From a virus, in IMG/VR virus record IMGVR_UViG_3300050821_003950, positions 31,608 through 95,607 of that record: a stretch of 64,000 bases of DNA; one strand, written 5' to 3'. This document shows, one piece after another, positions 37,460 through 47,144 of this stretch (position 1 is the first letter of the stretch; each line of letters begins with the position of its first letter). A program made the position numbers and the translations under genes. Under the pieces are notes generated by a model, which was not told where the DNA came from, did not search any database, and worked only from the letters and a program-made list of their open reading frames with translations.

Positions 37460-37914
37460 GTCTCGTTTTCGCCTACGGCAGCAACTTGAACCGCGAACAG
37501 ATGCTCGCGCGCTGCCCCTCGTCTCGCATCGTCGTCGCGGCGACGCTGCACGGCGCAGCGCTCACGTTCGCCGGCTTCTCGGTTCGGTGGGGCGGCCCCG
37601 TCGCGACCTTCATCGGCCGGCGCAAGGCGACGCTCCCCGGTCTGCTCTACCGCGTCGACCCGATCGACCTCTGGCGCCTCGACGGCTACGAGGGCGCGCC
37701 GCACACCTACGCGCGCGTGCTCGTGAACGTCATCTCGGCCGAGACGAGGCGCGAGGCTCCCGCGATCGCGTACAAGCTCACGAGCGATTGGAACATGGGC
37801 GAGCTTCCCTCGATGGACTACCTCTGCACGATCGACCGCGCCTACCGCGACCTCGGCTTCGATCGGGGGCACCTCTTCCGCGCCGCGTTTCGTCAGCGCG
37901 CGCGCTCGGATTGA
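37456..37914 (+). CDS. gamma-glutamylcyclotransferase 2
   Basis: FAYGSNL...QM..RCP, LD.YEG, PS..YL..I...Y. Confidence 0.9.
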   Translation: MSLVFAYGSNLNREQMLARCPSSRIVVAATLHGAALTFAGFSVRWGGPVATFIGRRKATLPGLLYRVDPIDLWRLDGYEGAPHTYARVLVNVISAETRREAPAIAYKLTSDWNMGELPSMDYLCTIDRAYRDLGFDRGHLFRAAFRQRARSD

Positions 37915-37950
37915 CAGCTTGGACGATAATGTCATAGGTAAAGGAACCTC

Positions 37951-38370
37951 ATGTCCATCTCGAACCTCGGCGCTCTGATCGTCACGCACCCCGAAGACGC
38001 AAAAGAGCAAATCCTCGCGGCCGTACTGCGCGCGAAGGGAGATCGGAAGAAGGCCGCCGAGCTGCTCGCGACGACGCATCGATCGTTCTATCGCTTCGTC
38101 GAGAAGCTTCGCTTGTGGGACGAGATCGACAAGCTGATCAGCGAGAACGGCTTCCCGCAGATCCCCGGCCCGCCGCGCTCGGCCGAGAAGATCAAGAGCG
38201 CGATCGTGCTGATGAAGGGCGACCTCACGCGCGCGGCTCGCGTCCTCGAAGTGCGACCCGGCGCGCTCGAAGGTAGAATCCAAGAGCTGAACCTATGGGA
38301 CGAATTGAACGCCACGCTCAAGGCATCGAAGCTCAAGCCGCTCGAACGACCTCGTCAGCCTCGGGCCTAG
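37951..38370 (+). CDS. tandem Fis-type HTH protein
   Basis: two copies of I..A.....GD...AA..L.......(L/F)......L.LWDE; no AAA+ domain. Confidence 0.8.
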   Translation: MSISNLGALIVTHPEDAKEQILAAVLRAKGDRKKAAELLATTHRSFYRFVEKLRLWDEIDKLISENGFPQIPGPPRSAEKIKSAIVLMKGDLTRAARVLEVRPGALEGRIQELNLWDELNATLKASKLKPLERPRQPRA

Positions 38371-38636
38371 AGTCGGCTCGATGGTGGCGGGCTCGCGCGC
38401 GCGCGATCGTGGCGTGCACGCTCGACGGCTTCGAGGGTGAGCGCATTTTCGCGGCGCGCCTGCGCTACGAACTGCGCCGTGATTTTGCGCGGTACAAGCG
38501 GCGCAACGCGCCAGTCCACACGCGCACGATCTGGCGCCAGGTCATTGCGCGCGCGTGCGCGTGCAAGGGCATCCGGTCGATCACGGACAACCGCATGCGT
38601 CAGCTTCCGCTGTTCGAGCAAGGGCGAGCCGCGTAG
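38295..38636 (+). CDS. hypothetical basic protein (start uncertain)
   Basis: fills the gap before the tail genes; ends QLPLF. Confidence 0.35.
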   Translation: MGRIERHAQGIEAQAARTTSSASGLESARWWRARARAIVACTLDGFEGERIFAARLRYELRRDFARYKRRNAPVHTRTIWRQVIARACACKGIRSITDNRMRQLPLFEQGRAA

Positions 38637-38639
38637 ACT
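38611..38639 (+). promoter_or_regulatory. leaderless-type promoter
   Basis: TGTTCG-17-TAGACT-6-GTG. Confidence 0.65.
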
Positions 38640-38645
38640 CTGGGC

Positions 38646-39719
38646 GTGCCGACGCCCCCGCCGACCATCACGAGCATCACGCCCGCGATCGGGCTCGCCT
38701 CGGGCGACTCGCTCGTCTCGATCGTAGGGACGGGCTTCAACGTCCCCGTCGACGCTCCCGACACGAACAGCGACTACGACCCGCTCTCGCTCACGACGGC
38801 GACGCAAACCGTCCTCGTCTACTTCGACGGCGTGCTCGCCGAACAGGTTTGGGTTCGATCGTCGACGCTCATCGAGGCGCGCATCCCTCCCGGCAACGCG
38901 GGCAGTCCTTACGTCCCCCCGGGGCGGCAAGTGACGGTGATGCTCGTCAACGTCGCGCAGGGCACGATGACGCCGCTCGCAGGTCAGAGCGTCTCGGTGC
39001 CGAACGCGTTCACCTACGCGCTGCCGATCCTGACGAGCGAGTACGAGAGCGACCTCGCGCGCGCGATCCGAACGCTCTTGCAGCTCATGAAGGGACAGCT
39101 CCTCACGGTCGAAGTGAACTACGCCGTGCAGACCGATTACGACGCGAACACGGGCGACGAGCTACACGTGACGAAATTCGCGAAGCTCCCCGGCATCGTG
39201 ATCGTCGGTCCCGACATGCGCGAGAACCGCTTCTACTCGCAGAACGAACAGCCCGATTTCGACGACGGGACGATCTCGAAGCTCGACGGCGTATCGCCCG
39301 CGGGTTTCTTCGAGACGCGCGTACCGTACACGGTCGACCTCGTCTTCGACGTCATCGGCGCGAGCGACAATAAAGTCGAGCTGCTCAATCTCGAAGCGAA
39401 CTTCATCTCGTTCATGCACAAGAACAAATTCCTCTACATGAACCGCTCCGCGACCGACGCGTCGAAGGGCGAGATCCGATGGGAGATGGATTTCGAGCCG
39501 CACGGTCAGCCGAAGAACACGACGACGCCGAACAACTCCAACCTTCGATCGTGGGAAGCGAAGATCGTCGTGCGCGGCTTCGACATCGAGACGTTCTCGG
39601 GGCTCGCGACCGATGGTGCGCCAGATCCGGCAAGCCTCATCCCGGCGCACGCGATCGTCGAGCATGGACGGTACGCCGACGACGTCGTCGTGAAGGCCGA
39701 ACAGCTCGACGACGACTGA
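38646..39719 (+). CDS. IPT/TIG-domain tail terminator/completion protein
   Basis: PTITSITPA.G...G...V.I.GTGF; position before the sheath. Confidence 0.75.
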   Translation: MPTPPPTITSITPAIGLASGDSLVSIVGTGFNVPVDAPDTNSDYDPLSLTTATQTVLVYFDGVLAEQVWVRSSTLIEARIPPGNAGSPYVPPGRQVTVMLVNVAQGTMTPLAGQSVSVPNAFTYALPILTSEYESDLARAIRTLLQLMKGQLLTVEVNYAVQTDYDANTGDELHVTKFAKLPGIVIVGPDMRENRFYSQNEQPDFDDGTISKLDGVSPAGFFETRVPYTVDLVFDVIGASDNKVELLNLEANFISFMHKNKFLYMNRSATDASKGEIRWEMDFEPHGQPKNTTTPNNSNLRSWEAKIVVRGFDIETFSGLATDGAPDPASLIPAHAIVEHGRYADDVVVKAEQLDDD

Positions 39720-39723
39720 CCCC

Positions 39724-39752
39724 TGTTCATCGCGAAAGTTCGCGGATAAGCT
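39724..39752 (+). promoter_or_regulatory. leaderless-type promoter
   Basis: TGTTCA-17-TAAGCT-6-ATG; shares TCGCGGATAAGCTGCGCTCATG with the 1551 copy. Confidence 0.7.
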
Positions 39753-39758
39753 GCGCTC

Positions 39759-40169
39759 ATGACGGAAGACGCAGCCCCGGCGCAAGCCGATCAGGTTCTC
39801 GTTCGCAACACTTCCGGCCGCATGCTCACCCTCATCTTGACGGGCAAGCATCTCGCGGCAGCGGCGCCCGGGTCCCCTCACCGCTACAAGCCGGTGAAGC
39901 TCGTCACCGTGCACCACGCGAAGAGCGGCGCGCTCGCGATGCGCGTCCGTAAGACGCTCATGGCCGACGCGCTGCGCATCCCCGTGGGTCCCGACGTGCG
40001 AGTCGATCGCGCGGCGACCTACTGCGCCGAGTTCCGCAAAGCGATCGCGAACAAGAAGATTCGCGTCATGGCCGACCCGGCGCCCCCGGCGCCCCCGCCC
40101 GCGAAGCGAGAGCCGACGTGGGCAGAGCAGAAGGCCGCCGAAGCGGCGTCGAAGACGGCAGCGAAGTAA
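39759..40169 (+). CDS. hypothetical protein
   Basis: leaderless-type promoter; precedes the sheath. Confidence 0.65.
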   Translation: MTEDAAPAQADQVLVRNTSGRMLTLILTGKHLAAAAPGSPHRYKPVKLVTVHHAKSGALAMRVRKTLMADALRIPVGPDVRVDRAATYCAEFRKAIANKKIRVMADPAPPAPPPAKREPTWAEQKAAEAASKTAAK

Positions 40170-40194
40170 GACCCCAAAGGGAGCGCGCGCACCG

Positions 40195-42522
40195 ATGAGC
40201 AACAATCAGCTTCTCTCGTCCAAGATCGCCGTCATCGAAGTCCCGCCGCAGAACCCGGCGATTACCGGAACCTCCCTTTCCGACTGCGCCATGGAGGCCG
40301 TGTGCAAGCGCGGTCCCATGCCGGGCTCCGTCGGTAATTTCGCGAACAAGCTGACCGCGCCGACGCTCGTGACCGGCTTCGGCCAGTTCGCGAAAATCTT
40401 CGGCGGCTTCTCGTCGAACAGCGAAGGCGCGCTCGCCGCTCAGATGTTCTTCGACAACGGCGGGATCAATTTGTGGGTGAGCCGCGCGGTCCACTACACG
40501 ACTCCGACGAACCCCAATTCGCAGACGGCGACGACGGGCGAAGTCGTCTTGAAAACCGCCGTCCTCACCGCGCAGCCGGCCGTGATGAAGTCGCTCATCG
40601 CTGGCCCCTACAACCTCTCGCCCGGACAGACGCTACTCATCTCGCTCGACGGCGGCGCTCCGTCGACGACGACGTTCTCGGCAACCGCAGCGGTCGACAC
40701 GGGCTCGAACACGCAACCGTTCGCCCTGACCAACGGCGACACCTTCGTCCTCTCGATCGACGGGGAGCCGAACGTCACGGTCACGTTCCTCACGTCGGAG
40801 TTCGTCAGCATCGGCGCCGCGACGGCGGCCGAGGTCATCGCGGTCATCAATGCCGCGCTCGCCGCGGCGGGCTCGCCCGCAGTTGCGACCGTCAGCGCAG
40901 GCGCGGTCCGCATCACGACCACGACCGAAGGCACCGCGTCGTCGATTCAGATTTTCGCCGGGAACAACGGCTCGCACGCGAACACGATCCTCGGCTTCGT
41001 TGTCGGCACGACCTCGGGAACCGGCAACGTCGCGAACATCGCGACGACCACGGCGGCCGAGGTCGAGACCGCAATCGTCGCCACGATCGGCGGCGCGGTC
41101 ACGGGCTCCGTCGTCGGCGGCGCTCCCGAGATCACGACGGTCGCCACGGGTCCCGCGGTCTCACTCGAAACGACGGGCGGCACGGCGCAGGCGACGATCG
41201 GCTTCGCGCTCTCCGTCATCTACTCGGGCTCGGCGGCCGGCGCGATTCCTACGCTCGTCGTGCAGGGCAAGACGCCCGGGTCCTACGCGAACGCCGTGCA
41301 GCCTCAGATCACCGCGGCGACAAACGCCGTCACTGGTGACTTCAACCTGATCGTTCTCGAACAGGGTGCGGTCGTCGAGGTGTGGCCGAACCTCTCGATG
41401 ATCCCGACGGCCGCGAACTACGCGCCGCTCGTCGTCAACGACGTAAACCAAGGGAGCGACTACGTCTTCCTCACCGACGAGATGGCCGCGGTCGGCTTCC
41501 CGAGCAACGTCCCCGCGAACGGGACGTTCACGATGACGGGCGGCGGCGACGGGCTCGTCGGGCTCACGGACGCCGACTACACGGGCAACCCGGACTCGGG
41601 CAACGGTCCGACGGGCCTGCACACGTTCGATCAGACGCAAGTGATCCGCTTGCTCATCGTGCCCGGCGTGGCGACGCCCGCAGTGCACAACGGGATGCTG
41701 ACCTACTGCGAGGCGTTCCGCTTCGGCAGCATGTTCGCGATCCTCGATCCCCCGGCCGGCTTCACCGCGGCCGAGATGGTCACCTACGTCGTCACGACCG
41801 CCTTGCTCGAACAGTCGAGCGAGTTCGGCGCGATCTACTGGCCGCAGATCCAGATCGCCAACCCGGACACCACGGTCTACGGGACGGCGGCAGCGATCAC
41901 CGTGCCCCCCTCGGGCGCGATCGCCGGACGCTACGCAGCGAACGACGCGTCGAGCCCCGGGGGCATCTACGAGGCACCCGCGGGCATGGGGCAGTCACCC
42001 GCGAATGCCGGGTGGGGACAGCTCCTCGGCGCGCTCGGTCTCGAAACCAACGAGGTCATGGACGAGACGAAGCGCGACCTCATCTACCCCGAGCTGATCA
42101 ACCCGATCGTCGGTCTCACGGGGCTACCGATCCACATGGACGGCGCGAAGACGCTCCTCTCGACGGGCAACTTCCCGACGATCGGCGAGCGTCGAGGGAT
42201 CATCTACATCGAGCAGTCCCTCGAAATCGGGCTCGTGCCGTTCAAGCACCGCAAGATCAAGGCGTCGACCCTCGCGGCGCTCGGTCGTGCGATCAAGAGC
42301 TTCCTCACGATCCAGACGCGCAACGACGCGTTCGCTTCGGACGATCCGACCCAAGCCTTCTCGGTCGACACGGGCGCCGACATCAATACGCCCGCAGACG
42401 CGCAGGCGCTCGAAATGAACGCGACCATCGGCGTCGCCACGGCGAAGCCGGGCGAGTTCATCATCCTGCGCGTGGGTCAGGACACGTCGCTTCTACAGAC
42501 GCAGCTCGCGCAAGCGGCATAA
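40195..42522 (+). CDS. tail sheath protein
   Basis: FFDNGG...VSR, FAILDPP, YWP, VPPSG..AG, INPI, KPGEFI. Confidence 0.95.
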   Translation: MSNNQLLSSKIAVIEVPPQNPAITGTSLSDCAMEAVCKRGPMPGSVGNFANKLTAPTLVTGFGQFAKIFGGFSSNSEGALAAQMFFDNGGINLWVSRAVHYTTPTNPNSQTATTGEVVLKTAVLTAQPAVMKSLIAGPYNLSPGQTLLISLDGGAPSTTTFSATAAVDTGSNTQPFALTNGDTFVLSIDGEPNVTVTFLTSEFVSIGAATAAEVIAVINAALAAAGSPAVATVSAGAVRITTTTEGTASSIQIFAGNNGSHANTILGFVVGTTSGTGNVANIATTTAAEVETAIVATIGGAVTGSVVGGAPEITTVATGPAVSLETTGGTAQATIGFALSVIYSGSAAGAIPTLVVQGKTPGSYANAVQPQITAATNAVTGDFNLIVLEQGAVVEVWPNLSMIPTAANYAPLVVNDVNQGSDYVFLTDEMAAVGFPSNVPANGTFTMTGGGDGLVGLTDADYTGNPDSGNGPTGLHTFDQTQVIRLLIVPGVATPAVHNGMLTYCEAFRFGSMFAILDPPAGFTAAEMVTYVVTTALLEQSSEFGAIYWPQIQIANPDTTVYGTAAAITVPPSGAIAGRYAANDASSPGGIYEAPAGMGQSPANAGWGQLLGALGLETNEVMDETKRDLIYPELINPIVGLTGLPIHMDGAKTLLSTGNFPTIGERRGIIYIEQSLEIGLVPFKHRKIKASTLAALGRAIKSFLTIQTRNDAFASDDPTQAFSVDTGADINTPADAQALEMNATIGVATAKPGEFIILRVGQDTSLLQTQLAQAA

Positions 42523-42535
42523 GGAGAGGACCATC

Positions 42536-43000
42536 ATGGCGTTCGGCACCCCGAGGACGTTCCACAAGAAGTTCAAGTTCCTCTTCGAGATCGATCAGTT
42601 TTCCTTCTTCGGCTTTCAGAAGTGCTCCGAGCTGAGCGCGGAGATCGCGAAGATCGAATACTTCGAGGGCGGCGCGCTCCTCCCGAACAAGGATCTCGGT
42701 CGCATCACGGTCGCCGACATCACGATCGAGCGAGCCGCGACGGCCGACGGCGACCTATGGAACTGGTTCAAGCAGTGCGCGAACATGATCTCGCAGACGG
42801 GCTTGATCGCGAATCAGTACAAGCGCGACGGCGACCTCGTGCAGCTCGACCGCGACGGTTCCGAGCTTCGTCGCTGGACGACGACCGGGCTCGCGCCTAC
42901 GAAGTTCGTCGCGGGCGATTGGGACAACGAGGCCGACGAGAACGTGATCGAGAAGGCGACGCTGATGCTCGACACCTTCGACAAGACGTCGGGCCTGTAA
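42536..43000 (+). CDS. tail tube protein (T4 gp19-like)
   Basis: FQKCSEL......Y.EGG....K..G......IT.ER; follows the sheath. Confidence 0.92.
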   Translation: MAFGTPRTFHKKFKFLFEIDQFSFFGFQKCSELSAEIAKIEYFEGGALLPNKDLGRITVADITIERAATADGDLWNWFKQCANMISQTGLIANQYKRDGDLVQLDRDGSELRRWTTTGLAPTKFVAGDWDNEADENVIEKATLMLDTFDKTSGL

Positions 43001-43053
43001 AGCGAGCTTCCGCTTTCGTCACCGCTGACGAGCCTATGTCAGCACCGTCGATC

Positions 43054-43082
43054 TGTTCAAGTGGCTCCCGCAGTGGTAGCCC
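43054..43082 (+). promoter_or_regulatory. leaderless-type promoter
   Basis: TGTTCA-17-TAGCCC-6-ATG. Confidence 0.55.
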
Positions 43083-43088
43083 TTGGTC

Positions 43089-43937
43089 ATGAGCGTCAAA
43101 CTCCCCTCGGGAATGATCGGCGAAGTGCGCGGGCTGACCGGCAAGGACGGCCGCTACCTGACCAACGAGCAGAAGATCCGCGACAACGAGGTCGAGGGCT
43201 TCGTGCTCTCGAATTGCTGGGCGCGCACGCTCGACGAAGGCCCCTACCATCTCAAGGGCAGCGCGCCCGATTGGGACAACGCTCTGATCGGCGATCGCTT
43301 CTACGCGATGATCGCGATCCGCGAGGCGACCTACCCCGGCAAAGAGTATCCGCTCAAGCTGCAATGCGGACGCACGGGATGCCGGCGCAAGTTCGAGTGG
43401 GAGATCAGCTTGCAGAAATTGCTCGACGAGAAAACGAAGATGCTCGCCGAGGCCGACCGCGAGATTTTCGCGAAGGACAACCTCTTCGTCGAGAACCTTC
43501 CGCTCGTCACGCCCGCGAAGAAGTTCGTCTTCAAGCTCAAGACGGGCGGCGATGCGAAGCGGACGATGAAGTACATCGAGAGCAAGAAGTTCGGCACGAA
43601 GAAGATGCAAGAGCGGCAGAATCTCATGATCGATTCGCTCGCGAGCTACATCGTCGAGATCGAAGGCGTGGCCAAGAAGCGCGACGCGATCTTCGACTTC
43701 CTCGAAGAGTGCCCGCTCGGGACGATCGACGAGACGATGCCGCTCATTCAATCGCACGACTGCGGCGTGAACACGGACATCGACGTCGAGTGCCCGCACT
43801 GCCACGGGGGGATGATCGTCACCCTCCCTTTCGATCGGGCCTTCTTTCTTCCGTCTTCGGCGGCGGCGAAGTTCGAGGCCGCGTTGTCGAACACGGACAA
43901 GAAGGAGGAGGAGACGACGGACCCCCTGGCTTTGTAA
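43089..43937 (+). CDS. tail/baseplate assembly chaperone
   Basis: KLPSG, GDR......IR..TY, C...C and CPHC, LPF...FF.P; between tube and TMP. Confidence 0.75.
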   Translation: MSVKLPSGMIGEVRGLTGKDGRYLTNEQKIRDNEVEGFVLSNCWARTLDEGPYHLKGSAPDWDNALIGDRFYAMIAIREATYPGKEYPLKLQCGRTGCRRKFEWEISLQKLLDEKTKMLAEADREIFAKDNLFVENLPLVTPAKKFVFKLKTGGDAKRTMKYIESKKFGTKKMQERQNLMIDSLASYIVEIEGVAKKRDAIFDFLEECPLGTIDETMPLIQSHDCGVNTDIDVECPHCHGGMIVTLPFDRAFFLPSSAAAKFEAALSNTDKKEEETTDPLAL

Positions 43938-43990
43938 ACGACACCGTCGCGGGGCTCTTCGGTTCGCTCGACGCCGATACGTACCGGGAG

Positions 43991-44164
43991 ATGGTGTTCC
44001 GACTTTGCTACCATCAGCACGGCGGATCGGGGCTATCCTTCGACTACCGGGGCCTCATGGACATGCCGCTCGCTGATTTCGAGTTCTATCTCGACCGACT
44101 CGAAACCGAGCGGCAGAAGGAGCACGACGCGATCAAGGCCGCGAATCGGGTGAAGTCGCGATGA
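43991..44164 (+). CDS. small tail chaperone partner (possible frameshift extension)
   Basis: lm.MP....F pattern; ATGA-type coupling to TMP; -1 frame open across the upstream gene. Confidence 0.55.
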   Translation: MVFRLCYHQHGGSGLSFDYRGLMDMPLADFEFYLDRLETERQKEHDAIKAANRVKSR

Positions 44165-46557
44165 GCCTGAACAACATGGGTCTCGGCTTCACCTTCACCG
44201 CGAAGGACATGGCGACCTCGACGATGGATCACGTCGAGGGATCGTTTCACAAGATCACGCACGCCGCGCACGAGATGAGCGAGAACATCTCCAAGTCGTT
44301 CATGGCGTTCGGCGGCGCGAAGGAAGTGCTCGAAAAGGGGATGCAGGTCTTCGAGGCGTTCGAGCCTGCGATCAAAGACGCGCACGAGTTCGAGGCCGCG
44401 ATCGCGCTCGTCTCGACGCGCGTGAGCGAGGCGCAGTATCCGCACGAGCTACTCGCGAAGGACGTCACCGAGATCGGGATCAAGTTCGGCATGCTCCCGA
44501 CCGACGAGGCGAAGGTCTTCTACGACGCCGTCGCGAACGGCGCGGACGACTCCGCGAAGATGACGGGGCTCATGACCGCGGCGAACGAGCTGGCGACAGC
44601 GACGCAAGGCGATCTTCAACAGTCGATGTCGTCGACGGCCGAGCTGCTCAAGGTCTACGGGATCTCGTTCGAGGACGCGACCGAGGCGACCGATCGTCTC
44701 TTCGTCGCGTCGTCGAAGGTGCCCGGGGGCTTGCAGGGCATGGAGTCGATCCTCGATAAGATGGCCCCGGTTGCCAAGCAAGCGGGCGTCGGAATGGATC
44801 AGCTTCTCGGCTACGTCGAACAGCTCTCGGCCGCGGGCATCCAAGGTCGACCCGCGGTCGCCGGACTCAAAGCCGTGATCGACGCGATGATCACGCACGG
44901 TCCGAACATCCTCGCGCAGTCGGTCGGCAAGACGAACTTGCAGCTTCAGAAGATGTTCGGCTCGACCGAGGGCGCGACCGTCGCGATGGCTCTCATGCGC
45001 AACGGCGGCAGTGATCTCGCTGGCGTCATGGACGAGCTGGCGCACGCGCAGGGCAAGACGGCCGAGGCCGCCGAGAAGATGCTCGAAGCGCACCCCGAGA
45101 AGAAGTTCGCAGCGCTCTCGGCCGCGGCGTCGAAGATGATCGGCGAGGTGCTCTTGCCGCTCGAAGAGGGATTCTTCAAGGTCAAGAACGCCGTCCTCGA
45201 AGCCTTCCTCAAGATCCCGAAGCCGATCGTCACCGTCATCGTGAAGATCGCCGCAGCGCTCGCAGGGGCCGCGGGCGCGGCGCTCCTCGTCGCGGGGGCC
45301 GTCGCCTACGGCAGCGCAGCGATCTCGGCGCTCTCGGGAGTGTTCGCGGCGCTCTCCGAGGTCATGCTTCCCGTCATCGCCGTCGTCGGCGCGCTCGCGC
45401 TCGCGAGCTACGCGTTCACGAAGGCGTGGGAAACGAACTTCGGTGGGATTCGCGATTTCCTGCAACCGATCTTCGACAACGTGAAGATGATCTTCGTCTC
45501 GCTCTACGAGCTGTTCTCGGGCGGCGGCTTCACGGCTGACACGTACAAGAAGCTCGAAGAGCATTCGGGGATCAAGAACTTCGCGATCACCGTCTTCATG
45601 TGGGTCTCGCGCATCGAGAATTTCTTCGAGGGCCTGAAGACCGGGATCGAGGCGTCGCTGTCCAAGCTCGCGCCGACCTTCCACATGCTCGGCGAGTCGA
45701 TCACGCGCGTCGCGAATGCGTTCGGTTTGCTCCTCGGCGGCAAGGACTCGCCCGACGCGGCGGCGGCTAGCTTCGATCGTTTCGGCGAGGTCGGCGTCGC
45801 CGTCGCTACCGTCGTTGGGAACATTTTCAACTGGCTCGCGAATGTCGCCGCGATCGTGATGAGCGCGTGGCTCGACTACGTCTCGGGCGTCGTCTCGGGC
45901 TTTCAGACGTCGCTCGGTCCCGCGGTCGATCAGATGTCGACGGTGTTCGGCTTCCTCTGGGACCAGATCAAACAGCTACTCGTCACGCTCGGCATCATGA
46001 CCGAGAGCACGGTCAACGCGGGCTCGGGGTGGCAGACCTTCGGCAAGATCGTCGGCTTCGTCGGCGGCATCGTCGTCCAGATCGTCGGCGGGATCGTCGC
46101 CGTGATGGGCGGGCTCGTGTGGCTCATCGACAAGGTCGTGCAGGGGCTCAAGTTCATCCGGGGCGAGTCCCCCGCGGACGTCATGGCCCGCTTGCAGCGC
46201 GAGGACGCCGCGAAGACGGGCGCAGCGCCCCCGGGAAGCGCTACGACGCCGACGACGACCGTTAGCGCCCCCCCGGCGCTCGGGGCCGCTGGCGGGTCTC
46301 CTGGCCCCCGCTTTGGGGCGGCGGGACTCTCCCCGACGATGACGTCCCCGGCGCTCGCCTCGGCCGGCGCCCCCGGCGCAGCCCCCGACATGGGCGCCCT
46401 CACCGAACACCTCTCGAAGATCAGCAAGAACACCGAAGCGGGTCCGACGCTCACGGGGGTCGTAGTCGTCGACGGCGAGCAGCTCGCGAAGTTCACCGCG
46501 AAGCAAAACAAATCGTCGGCGCAGCGCAGCGGCGAGCCGTCGCCCGTGGAGACCTGA
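44161..46557 (+). CDS. tail tape measure protein
   Basis: TP901-type core, AWETNFGGIRD, hydrophobic repeats, VDGEQLA end. Confidence 0.92.
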   Translation: MSLNNMGLGFTFTAKDMATSTMDHVEGSFHKITHAAHEMSENISKSFMAFGGAKEVLEKGMQVFEAFEPAIKDAHEFEAAIALVSTRVSEAQYPHELLAKDVTEIGIKFGMLPTDEAKVFYDAVANGADDSAKMTGLMTAANELATATQGDLQQSMSSTAELLKVYGISFEDATEATDRLFVASSKVPGGLQGMESILDKMAPVAKQAGVGMDQLLGYVEQLSAAGIQGRPAVAGLKAVIDAMITHGPNILAQSVGKTNLQLQKMFGSTEGATVAMALMRNGGSDLAGVMDELAHAQGKTAEAAEKMLEAHPEKKFAALSAAASKMIGEVLLPLEEGFFKVKNAVLEAFLKIPKPIVTVIVKIAAALAGAAGAALLVAGAVAYGSAAISALSGVFAALSEVMLPVIAVVGALALASYAFTKAWETNFGGIRDFLQPIFDNVKMIFVSLYELFSGGGFTADTYKKLEEHSGIKNFAITVFMWVSRIENFFEGLKTGIEASLSKLAPTFHMLGESITRVANAFGLLLGGKDSPDAAAASFDRFGEVGVAVATVVGNIFNWLANVAAIVMSAWLDYVSGVVSGFQTSLGPAVDQMSTVFGFLWDQIKQLLVTLGIMTESTVNAGSGWQTFGKIVGFVGGIVVQIVGGIVAVMGGLVWLIDKVVQGLKFIRGESPADVMARLQREDAAKTGAAPPGSATTPTTTVSAPPALGAAGGSPGPRFGAAGLSPTMTSPALASAGAPGAAPDMGALTEHLSKISKNTEAGPTLTGVVVVDGEQLAKFTAKQNKSSAQRSGEPSPVET

Positions 46558-46559
46558 CC

Positions 46560-47144
46560 ATGTCGGCTTTCGGAGACTACGCGCCCGATCGGATGTCGCT
46601 CATGAACACGAGCACGGCCGTCTCGGTCGAGGCGCAGTTCAATCCGACGCAGCTCGACGAGGATCTCGCGGTCAACTGGAACAAGCTAGCGGTCCTCGGG
46701 CTCTCGCACATGCCGCTTCAGTATCAACAGACCGACAACCACGCGATGAGCTTCGAGCTGGCGTTCCGCGCGTGGGACAAGAACCCCACGTCGCGCTTGG
46801 CGGACATCCACTACAAGCGGCGCTTCCTTCTCTCGCTCTGCTACCCGTCGCGAAACTCGCCCGCTACGGTCGTCGGCGGCGCTCCTCCGCGCGTCCTGTT
46901 CGTGTGGCCGTCGAGCCTCGCGGGCGGCTTCGTCTCGCTGACGAGCGTGATCAAGAAGCTTCACCTCTCGCACACGTTCTTCAACCGAAAAGGAGACTCG
47001 GTCCACTTTTCGTGCAAGGTCGACCTCGAAGAGATTCGCGACTTCCGGCTCTACTCGGAAGACGTGCTCACGATGGGCACCGCGCGCAGCGGGCAGCTCG
47101 CCCCCGGACAGTCCACGGGCGGCGCGAGCGACGGGACCGGCTGA
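46560..47144 (+). CDS. tube initiator (CIS tube/P2 gpU-like)
   Basis: AQFNP..L, PP.VLFVW, F...G......v.LEE. Confidence 0.8.
   Translation: MSAFGDYAPDRMSLMNTSTAVSVEAQFNPTQLDEDLAVNWNKLAVLGLSHMPLQYQQTDNHAMSFELAFRAWDKNPTSRLADIHYKRRFLLSLCYPSRNSPATVVGGAPPRVLFVWPSSLAGGFVSLTSVIKKLHLSHTFFNRKGDSVHFSCKVDLEEIRDFRLYSEDVLTMGTARSGQLAPGQSTGGASDGTG

Noticed and set aside
43024-43043. GCTGAC-N8-GTCAGC as another box A
   Set aside because: Spacer is 8 rather than 6 and the outer bases differ; single copy, possibly an RNA hairpin.
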